This document shows, in pieces, positions 40,652 through 51,600 of a stretch of DNA of 64,000 nt. The notes below the pieces were generated by a model that saw only the letters and a list, made by a program, of their open reading frames with translations, did no database searches and was not told the origin of the DNA. Position numbers and translations under genes: made by a program. This DNA is from Balanoglossus misakiensis (taxonomy: Eukaryota > Animalia > Hemichordata): contig CM082589.2 in NCBI GenBank assembly GCA_040954595.2, positions 6,259,186-6,323,185 of the forward strand, written 5' to 3'. The stretch's first letter is position 1; every line of letters begins with the position of its first letter.

Positions 40652-42034
40652 ATGTCAGGTGTGACTAGGAAAGTAGTGAAAACAACCAATGCCCCAGGAG
40701 CAGTTGGCCCGTACAGGCAAGTTTTAACACATTCATCTGAATTCGAATGTTGGAATTTGAGTATTGTGTAATTTTGTTTGTGTGTACGTGTACATAATGT
40801 GTGTGTGTTATTTGGACTTGTCTAACGAATGAGTAATTATGTCTATTAGCGTACACAGTTAAGGTTTTGTGAAGATGTAGGCCCTATTTTAGATCATGTA
40901 TGTCGATAGTCTTCGGCGGCATTTTCATGACAAGCAAACACTCCCGCCCTACCGGTACATGCAACGGTAGCTCCCTAACAAAGAGCAAACTGTATAGTAG
41001 CAAACTCAAGGTCATGGATGGTGAATAGGTAATTAGCAGTACTTATTATTTAGCACACACTCGTTAAACATAGACGCGAATTTCATACATATCACAATTT
41101 ATTTATTTGTTTGCCTGTTTGTTTGTTTGCAGCCAAGCTGTTATAGTTGACAGAACCATGTACATATCTGGCCAAATTGGAATAGACCTTTCTGGTAATT
41201 TGGTGTCCGAAAGTGTTAATGACCAAGCAGTCCAGGTACACGGAGTTTACAATGGAAGAATATTAGTAACTATAGACGCTGATAAAAATAGACATACAGC
41301 TGTTCAAAGTAAAATCTCATACCCACTGGGTTGCCATGGAGTTTAAATTGCAATCTTGACTTTTTCAGGCTCTGAAGAACATGGGCGAAATATTAAAAAG
41401 TGAAGGCTGTGATTTTTCTAATGGTAAGTGCAACATTATACAGCATTCCATCATGAACTTTATTTGTTAAAGGGACATTAGCTGTAACTTTGGACTATTT
41501 TTCTGATTTTTTTTCAGTCGTGAAATGTACCGTGTTGTTGGCAGACATCAATGAATGGGGCGCCGTAAATGAAGTCTACAAGAACTGTAAATATTCACTT
41601 TCTGTATTTTGTTTTTCAAGTATCCAAATGCAGGAAAGATATCGAATAACTTGCCTCCGTAGTCCATATAGTTTTTTCATTAAAGATGAATTTTCTTTTC
41701 CATATCAGTTTTCCAGCCCCCATACCCGGCACGCGCTGCATTCCAGGCCGGTGCCTTGCCCAAGGTAAGAGTTGCCCGGTTGGACGTTGGGGGCGCCGTA
41801 GGTTATACATGTAAACACGGATGTACAGTTTTCATATTCGTCACTTTCCTCCTTTCGTGGTTCAACTTTAGCATTCTGGTTGGTGTGGCTTGTGACGGGA
41901 CCATATACTTTAATATGACAATTTCAACATTAATTTTGACTTATCCAAAGTTCACATTCCTTCTTTCTGTCTTACAGTCTGCCAGGGTTGAGATAGAAGC
42001 CATCGCCGTTCTTGGTCCAATTGCGGATGTATAG
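40652..42034 (+). CDS. RIDA: RidA (YjgF/YER057c/UK114; HRSP12) 2-iminobutanoate/2-iminopropanoate deaminase, 6 exons, 134 aa
   Basis: Exons 40652-40716, 41133-41235, 41369-41423, 41518-41586, 41709-41764, 41978-42034 (405 nt). Protein MSGVTRKVVKTTNAPGAVGPYSQAVIVDRTMYISGQIG...ALKNMGEILK...[60 protein letters not shown]. Family motifs GPYSQA, SGQ, PAR (catalytic Arg) and VEIE are intact. Confidence 0.96.
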
Positions 42035-45000
42035 CCGACATGACAGTTAACTGCAACTACGGACAATTTTTTTTTTGCGCATGCTCGGAAGCCTTTTCAT
42101 GTCAGAGTTGATGACTTCGTAGGCCCGACTAGTGTTTAGCCCAGATTTGTAGCATTGAGTCCATATGCCCGAGACATGTGTATTGATCTAATTCACGAGG
42201 CCAGTTATTTTCCAATTATGAACCGATGCAATATTCCTCTCAGTGGACTGTAGACCAATTGCGTAGTGTACAATATCGTAAAATATTCGATGAGTTCACA
42301 AAGAAGATATTCAATTTCTTGCAAGTTAACAAGAATCACATGAAAAGATGCTTTGGATGTGGCGATGATCATGTATATTAAGTGTCATGTTGGTAATAAG
42401 TTTACACTGTTGATGTCCTATTTAAAGGACAATAAAAAACATGTACTTCTCACAAATCGACTCATCACTTGCCCGAATGCCCACATCAGGCATAAGTTAA
42501 TGCTTGGTGACACAGCCCCGCCACCCACGGCATGTGGTTGTGATTCAGTAGAAAAAATCGCGTAATCGCGTCTTTCCTTCCTCTTTTGTGCGTCAGCATT
42601 TGTCTCTGGGCTGTTAAAAGTGAAAACGTGTTGAAAATTAATTGAATCTCCTCTCGACGGCTGCCGAGGTAATGAACGGTCGGGCGGTGTTAAACCTGGA
42701 GGTCTCAAAATGCGTTATTATGGTCCTTGAGTGACTTATACGATTTCATCTCTTCGGGTGACCCCGAGGAGACTTGTGTGAGGGTATACAATTTTAATTT
42801 TTGGAGATGGGTTTCAATCTTTCGCTTACTCTAATGGGAATTGAAACTATCAGGCAAACGGGTTTTCTCTTCCAGAACCGAACACAAGCTGGCAAGTTTT
42901 GTTATGTGCGCGAGTTGGCTCCAGGTGACGGGGAAAATTGGGGCACCAACTGCGGTGTGACCTCTTCACACCTGAAGAATCACAAACAGTTAATCGGTGC
43001 CCGAAGAGGTAACTCTGCGTCGAAATTGAAAATTTGAGCAGCTTGACTACCCTGTTTATCAAGCGATCAATCAAGCCATTTCATTTTACCAAACAATCAG
43101 AGTTGTTGACGTATATGGAAATGACTGCGTATACGTAATTTTGGCTCACCATAAAAAGTGAAGAAAATATTGTTGTCATTTTATTACTACTTTAGTATGA
43201 GGAGTACGTTTAAGATTTTATTTTTTTACGATTCTATCATTGACGGGTGTGTTAATGCGTTGGCCTAGATCAGGTTTATCTCGGACAGTATCAGGACCTC
43301 GGGAACGATCGTATTCTTTGTCAATCGCAGCTCCTAACTTTGGGCCTATGATTCTATCAACGCTGGCACTCTGGCCTTCGACCAGCAGAATGTAATTTTC
43401 GAAACACCTTGTAAAACGGTTGGTCGTAATACACTTTTAATTAAATGTTTTGATTAAAGGGCAGTCTGTATGCGTTTCAATCCATACAAATACGTTCGAG
43501 GCAACGACACTTTGCTCAACTGAGCTTCGGGTGGCCTTAGGTACTGTGCCGTTCGCAATGCAGGTCTGTCAACTCTGGACAGACTGCAGAATCTAATTGT
43601 TCTTGCCAATTGGCCATGTTCCGAACTCAGCAAGACCATGAGAGATTTCGGGCCAGGCAATTTATATGGGAGGATATTCTCATGTTTTATCCAAAAGGCA
43701 GATGTTAGTAATAACAGTATTGTTCGGTAAATCAATCTACGCCAAGTTTCGTTGCGACACTTATACTTACTGCAAATATAGACGCCAAAGTCGACGAAAA
43801 TAAATATCTAGGCTGAACGCGAATAGCAGAGGCCAAGCAAAGATAAAGACGGTCCAATCTCCACAGCTGATTTTAATCAGATTGCGAAGTGATTTGATTT
43901 CTACGGCATTGCAATCCCGATATTAGCAGCTAAATACCTCCAGTGGTATTTGGACTGATGACAGATGAAATCAGAAGGACGCGTGCGTGATTGGATGAGC
44001 TGATTGGTCACGTGTCCAACGATACCTCTACAGCGTGATCACATGACGGACTGCAAGTGTCATCGGTATTTCTGTCACGGGGGGGGGGGGGGTCGTATGA
44101 ATGCTAATTTGCATAGGGGAGGCAGGTGCTCGAATGAGGCGAAGTCATGAATAATTTGCACATTGGAGATTACATAATAGGCAGTCACAGGGGTGGTTAG
44201 CTTTAGCCCGTGCCAACTTTTATAAATGTTGTCAAAAGGCAGTGACTCAGATAGTTTTATGCTGATATCGATGAAAGCGGTCAAAATCCACCGACGGAAT
44301 ATACAATGTATGGGTTACAACTGCTTTATGAAATATGCAGTAATTGTGATATCTCACTTTACATAATGCATATAATATAGGCACTGATGGTACGTCCTGC
44401 ATGCGAATTACTCTACCGTGTGATCCTATATATCAGACCTATATTTGAACTCCATTAGACAAGTCGTGGCCCTAAAGCGCAGGTGTGTGAAAAGAGAATA
44501 CATTTGTTTGGAAAACGGTAATGGCTACGGTCACTGGCGCCAAATATATTGTCAGTGTGCACGCCACATGCGACCACTGAGGCGAAAGAAGCGACCAGCG
44601 AAAAAGAGGTCCTGCAGGATTACTTTGAAGTGTGCCGCAATATTCAATCTTGTGATTTGCAGTATGGTTGATATACATGTACATGTACACGCTTGAGGCT
44701 GGGCGACATTGCAGGATGATAAGCTCTATGCCCTGGCATAAATCAATAGAATCCACCCATTGCAAACTAGACACACATTGTTGGACCATACCATAAATCA
44801 TCGCTTGCAGGGAGAGGACGGTTTCATCGTTTCTTTTTTTTCTCAACTGGGAGATCTTTTCACAAATTTGAAAACTGAACGCGTGCTTGAGTCAAGGCGG
44901 TTATTTCTGGTTCGCGGGACAAGACGCCAAGAGATGTCCGTGGTAGACCGGTCGTTAGTGCAATAGACAGTCACCAACGGTCTCCAACATTCTTGAGCAA

Positions 45001-45980
45001 TCCACGATATATTGTACCATCGTTCTATTTTAATTGGGTTTACAAACACATGTAACTTGCCTCTGCTTTGAGTATCGGTTTATTGGGACACCCCAATTTA
45101 AGCTCTCTTGAAGTTAAATGAAACCAATTATGTTCAAACTCATACGCGTCACTCGATCATAATGACCACGGATTTGTTCTCTCTCTCTCTCGAAAAGTTG
45201 AAGTCATGAAGCCATTTTGATGATCAGCAATCGATTGACGTTACAGATTGTCATGCCATGCGTGGACCATTACTGCGAAAGCCCCTCTGGTATATTGAGG
45301 TAAATGCACTAAACAAGCATGCCAAATTAGCCGAAGCCCAAGTTGAAGTTTCTTTAGGATTACATATCTCCTCTACAGCTAGCGGCATATTAAGCAAATC
45401 TGCACACAGCGCTCGTGACTGCAAAGCGGTCTCGCGAATAAAAAGCGGTCTCCCATCAGTCATTTCATGCCCAAGTTCTCTTCACATGGAAGGCAGTCGT
45501 CGTTCATTCAGAGCTACTTTGTATTGGCAACAGCGTGATTATTTTCCTAAAAAGTCACTGACGCCAAGTATATCAGTGAGACACTTTTGGATGTGTGATC
45601 GTTTGAATGCACAAGTGAACACACAGATACACACACGTGTACACTAGTCCTGTCGACACTAATCGATTCATAATGTTCTGCACGCGTATTGCGTTCTCGG
45701 AAATCCCTCGGCTTGGATGAGCACTATGACATGTATGCTTTCTGAATAAAAGCGGAGAGTTTTGTATATTGCATGACCAACTATAGAGCTCGAATTGCAG
45801 CGCTCACATAATTGCCATCATTCCCCCATTCCCTGAATTGGACATCTCCTCTAAGAGCGTGTATCATAGGAATGACAGATTGCGAAGGCACTGTCATGTA
45901 GAATATCTTTCAATGTAATGGTTTGTCCGAATTGAACACTTGTGAGCCAAAATCGCGTCTAAAGTTGCTTGACTTGTGAC

Positions 45981-46050
45981 GAGAGAGAGAGAGAGCGAGC
46001 GAGAGGGAGAGAGGGGGGGAGGCGGTAGAGAGACACACAGAGAGTCAGAG
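45981..46050. repeat. GA-rich low-complexity repeat
   Basis: Degenerate (GA)n. Confidence 0.75.
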
Positions 46051-47278
46051 ACAGCAAATTATGGCAACTTCAAGAATACACCTGTGAGAACGTAGGCAAA
46101 AGTAAGAGCAGTACAGTACGTGTAAACCAATTGACGCAGCAGAGTATAATCCCTGGTATTACCCACTCTATGCAAATTACATTCCGAGAAAAAAAAACAG
46201 GAGAAGAGAAAGCTGGGCAGATGTCTGGAAAAAACACCACTATGGATCACCTACAGGCAGCGTCCATCAATGGATCCTATTCCTGACCTTAGTCCCACTT
46301 TTGACAATCTGGATCGCGATGCACTATTCATAATACAACACATGGACGTGGGTTGACTTCAATAGACCAAATGTAGCTTGTAAACGGGTTCGTCTGAAAT
46401 TCAATTAATTGAATTGATCGCAGACAGTGACAAGTGAGAGAAGGGGTTTTGACAGCACCTGTCGGCCGTCGGTATCGCACAGTGTCCCGTGCCTCTGCCT
46501 CGGGCCCGTTTGATTTACGGCAAACGCTTAGTTGTCATTATCATTCAGCTCAACAAGATATAGTAGCTTCTCATGGCTATGCAGATGGCATGCGCGGATT
46601 TGATTTCAAATCCAGCAGGAGATCCTATGGGCACTGTATACTGCACAGAGAAATGTGTTACCCTCCATTCAGACACGCAACATACATGTACCCCCGAAAA
46701 TTAATTTTGATACAATCACGATCGGTTTTTAATGATTGCCAATGGATGTAAATCAAGTCTCCTAAGAGGTATACATGTACATGTATATAAATCACACATA
46801 TATAAACTGCAAAATTTACGATTTAGTACGATGTTATCAGTAAATTACTTGTGGCAGCACAGTACGTTACCATGGTTGCAGACCCCACAAGAAAACGAAT
46901 TCGTGATTCAAAGATATTTTAACTGGATGGGCGAGTTAAACGTCGGTGTTTTAAAACATAAAGAAAAATAATAAGACACGCTGAGTATTTTGCCTTGATA
47001 TCACGCCGTATGATTAAACTATAGAAGGAAGACGGCGATGATAGTTCAATGGGGAGATGGAATTTTAATGAAGTCATCGTGAAATTGATTGAGTCGTGAT
47101 ATCACCGTGTAAACTATTGTCCGATCGAACCTCATAAACGTGGAATGAGTCGACATTGTAAGCACGAAATGAAATATGAAAGTAATTGTCCGATTATCAA
47201 CAAATCGCCAAGTTGCGGCAATCTTCTTTAAACCACTTCGCTATGTGAAGGTTAAATCAAAAGTAATACATGTACTTG

Positions 47279-47607
47279 CCATCGAGCAGGGGTAGGTAAT
47301 TAGCATTTGAGCTCCGCCCATTGATCGACGTCACATGCTAATTACCTACCCCTACGGTAGCCGTAGGTACATGTAATTAGTATTTAAGCTCCGCCCATTG
47401 ATTGACGTCACATGCTAATTACCTACCCCTACGGTAGCCGTAGGTACATGTAATTAGTATTTAAGCTCCGCCCATTGATTGACGACACATATCTAAAGCT
47501 TCTATATGCTAATTACCTACCCCTACTCGATGGAAAATACTAGTATTTTCCATACGGTAACCGTAGGTAATTAGCATTTGAGCTCCGCCCAACTGGTTGA
47601 CGTCACA
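47279..47607. mobile_element. Inverted-repeat element with internal 77-bp tandem units
   Basis: 28-bp inverted repeats (47279-47306 and 47506-47533, one mismatch). Core gctccgccca at 47311, 47388, 47465 and 47582. 24-bp perfect palindrome at 47530-47553. Confidence 0.75.
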
Positions 47608-48409
47608 TATAAAGCACTTCGCCTTTTTGCGATCCGTGTAAACGCCATGAAGTCCAATCCCTTTTTTACAACCAATGAAATCGTGTTCGCAATATTTACA
47701 TGTTTACTCAAACTGTAAAAAAATCATATCATGGAACATAAACAAATAAATCGCACGCGCACAGCTTAAAATACGTTCAGCGACACAACAACATTTGTTC
47801 AACTTTTGTAGTCTATTTTCTTCTTATCGTTGGCGTACGGGGTTTGAGCTGTCACGCATGGTACAGCGTGTACATGGCCATTACGATTCTTTTGGCATGT
47901 GACGCAGGTTCCCTCGTCGACATTCTCACTTGTTTAGTCTTCAAGGCCCTGGACGGCGGTATACCGCTAATGAAAACCGAATCGACTCTCTCCAGAATGG
48001 ACGACATAACAATGAAGTGACGCCACGAAACGTCGACTTTGTCCCCGAATCATCACCATGGTCAACGACACACCGCTGTATGGATATACTTTGATGTCAT
48101 TGCAGAAACGTTACGCCAGTCATTCAATGGCGAGCTTGTTTTTGTGCCCAATTAACACATACAACGCTAAATCAAATTACGTTCGCCAACTTATTTTTAG
48201 AGATGAATTCAATTTGAACAGCATGGGACTGCCTTCATAAACTCTGTCTTTGTCCGGCCACAAGGAATACGTAATGTATATACAATGGAATATTAAACCA
48301 GAAAGATTCATCAATTATTAATTTAATTTGGGGCAGATATTGGCCTGATATACATGTAGTACAGTCTCCACTGCACCGCGCCAAAGCCCCGTTCGAATCC
48401 GTGATGTGC

Positions 48410-48605
48410 TTTTATTGGACAGCTCATAGTACACTGTTAATGTCATCATCTAGTTGCCTGGTAACAAGGCTACAGATTCTATAAAAGGCCTGGGAACTTT
48501 CACCGGGGCTGTACAGGACAGAACGGGGCAGATTTAGCGTGTGCTACTTTCCGGGTTCCTTCCTCACAGAAACTTCACCCAAAGAAGCGGAGAGACGACG
48601 TAAGT
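48410..48605 (+). promoter_or_regulatory. Candidate Pol II promoter and first exon (reverse CCAAT, RFX X-box, TATA, splice donor)
   Basis: attgg at about 48414, GTTGCCTGGTAAC at 48453-48465, TATAAAA at 48480-48486, then about 90 nt of GC-richer sequence ending in gac|gtaagt at 48599/48600. Confidence 0.5.
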
Positions 48606-51600
48606 ATTACGCAAATAGCGTCTTTACCGATTGAAGTCAAGCGAGTTCTAAGGCCGGACTTTGCATGAAAGAGAGCATAAGTAATTCAACGGTTATCTGG
48701 ATAATTTGTTGGTTTAAACTGTTGAATACAGCTGGACCCAGCATTACCTTAATTGCGTTCTTGTTATAAACCACTGCCCGCCACACTTAACTGGGCGGTT
48801 AATGAGCCGCCGTGCGTATCGCCAGAAAACGTGTGTGCTTAACAGTCGATTTGTCAAGACGCAGATTGATCTCTTCAAACTTCTTCTGTCGCAATTTCAT
48901 GAAGACACCATGATTAAGGCCAGAAGCACGATGATATTAAAACGATTGCTTAAACTCCGACGAAAGATTCTTCAAAACGTATTACGTTCACCTGTATGTG
49001 TATATATGATATCTGTGAACCGTGACAAAAAGAATGTTTGTTTTTCCCAATTTCCTATTTTTTTCTTGTTTACAATTTCCTATTTGAACTTTAATGAACG
49101 TTACCATTCACGAATAAAGTCCTAAGTGGGAAGCTCACGTACTGGTGAAAGCAGCAAACCAAGGGACAAAAATGAAAATGCATCGATTCGGCTGCGAATT
49201 GTGTCGAGGACAAAGGATAACATTCTCACGAGGCTTCTTAGTTATTGACTCCACCCCTCTTGCCCCCAATACCCTGCCTTAATTACTAGTGTTTTTGAAA
49301 TCGACAGTAAGTCTGAAAACAACTTAAAGTCAATCGTATTGTGGTCATAGCGACCTTGGTTCGAAGCTGTGCTGTAATATTCCTGCATTGAATTCATTTA
49401 TTGGTTATTACACAACGATTCATAATGATCGTATTTTAATTTCGCTGTCCAGTCACGTCACGTTCGCCTCACTACCGATCCCTCGTGTCGGAGCATTGGC
49501 ATAGAATTTGTTGATCATTGTTAGACCCACAGTATCATTCAGTCGCAAGCGTCCAGGTTTGTTCCGAGCACGCTAATATGAAATTGAATCTTTAGTCGGT
49601 GACTTCATACCAGCAGAGATGACCGGCGATAGAGGCGTGTGTAAACACGGGTATCAATATCTGAACCGTGTACTAATTGCGCTCTCCACTCACGAAAATC
49701 AATTTGCCACCATTAAAAATGTGAGTAACAACAACGCATGACGTTTGCCTCGAGCGTTTTTTTATGATCTTCTCTGTTGATATCTGAAACAGCCAACGAA
49801 TCTGTGACGACGCACTGAAACAATCATGTCCTCTTTGAATGGAAACAATTACTGTGCCTCCTGTTTTTCGGTGTTTACTGTTTTTTTGGTCGAATCCTTA
49901 GGGCAGATGATAGCCAGTGTTTGGTTCATGCCAAAACAACAAATGCATATGCTTGTAACACCGACCCTGCAACGCCCCAAGAACCACGGAGTGTGAACAA
50001 GCAATTGTGCGTATGCCAAGACACCGCGAAAATAGTTTCAACAATTAACAATGCATATTTCAGACAGTGTGCTGTCAAATTGAACAATGGAGCGTTTTAA
50101 CGCAAGTTACCGAGTATAGAAACAGTCCACAACATATTGATAGAAATGTCAAAGGTTTCGCCTACTTCTTTTTCAATTATTTTTTGTGTTGAGGTATACC
50201 GGCAGTATTATTCGTGAACGGTATAATCACTGTCAATTGAACATATTGGGAGAACCCCAAACCCACAACAGTTTTTAAAAATCCTGTCGAGATTCGTCAT
50301 AATGTCCACCCCATACGTTTAGCCATAATATATAAATTTCCTGAACTTACGTGTCTATCCGAAGTCGTGTCACGTGTAATCTGCAGGGAACACCTATGAG
50401 GGTATACATGTATTATTCGCGCCACTCCTGGTATAATCACTGTGACATAACTAAGTAACTAAGGCACACCCCCACGAATGGTAATGAAAAGTCTCGGCAT
50501 TCATACAAGACCACGGATAGCTGTCGTGCGTAAATTGCAGACTCATAATGGATGAACTTCTGGCCTTTATCATCATGTACACCGGAACGTAACAGATGTT
50601 GAAATACTCTGTTGCATTTCAATTGACTGGAGATCTGTAATATTCTCCTAGTGTAATGTTGGTTAAATTGATCCGACACGCTGTCACGATTAGAAAATGC
50701 TCCTTTGTTTACAACGTATTATTCAAAAAATATTTGTATTGTTGAAACATTTTATTAGAAAATTTGAAAGAACGAAGAAAGAACCAGACTAATGCGTCGG
50801 TGACGAGAGAGCCCGAATGCAGGGTTATGCAAATATCATTCAGGTGCAGAATATGATGTGATGATGCATACATTCGATCGTCTATGACGTTTTCTCCTCT
50901 CCATGTTCAAGAAAGAAGCGCATGTCACTCAAGTAGACCCGCTCATCATCCTTGCGGTTCACGATCGCTACGGTCGGTTAATTGCAGTTCGGTTCTAATT
51001 GTACAGCGCTATTCCACCTTTAAGAAAGATGCCGGACATTCTGATTGACCGAGTCACATTATTATAGGGGTCGGTGGTCGGATAGTACCCTTGGTTCACT
51101 TCTGATTTCGTTTCTTTCTGTTTCTTTGTTGATTTGGGAAAGTTTCGCTTCAATGTGAACGTTTTAAGAGTACAAGAGTTTAAAAAGGACGTGTGACCAA
51201 TCAAGCTTCATGATGTGACACGTCCGTGTATCAGTGCGCGTCGTCCACTATGACGTAGACATCACGCGAAGAATCCCTCCTCTAATCCTCGAGAATTCCA
51301 TCGGGTGGTTGCTTTCGTGGTGAAGGGGATTTTCAAACGTTGTCATGACTGGCAATTCGGGTAATTTAAAATCCCATTCAAAGTACATTCACAGCGTTTG
51401 ATTAAAGTTCGAGCTCCGACATTCAAAATTCCAGCCAGATCTCATCCTATAACGAACGACCGTATCACACCTTGATCAAAGTGTATGCCGACAAAGCACT
51501 TATCTCACCGACCGAATTACACGTACATGTATATAGCTTTACAAATGATGGAATGCGTTTATATATGGTCAAAGGGGCTTGTCTACATGTACATGTAAGT

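Noticed and set aside
40652-42034. RidA as a horizontally acquired bacterial gene or as functionally linked to the flanking GPCRs
   Set aside because: It has five spliceosomal introns and an animal-like sequence, and adjacency in a eukaryotic genome is not evidence of a shared system.
47279-47607. CRISPR-like array
   Set aside because: The sequences between repeats are themselves near-identical rather than unique spacers, there are no cas genes, and the context is eukaryotic.
48370-48410. tRNA or SINE suggested by the B-box-like GTTCGAATCC
   Set aside because: There is no matching A-box, and no cloverleaf or acceptor stem can be formed.
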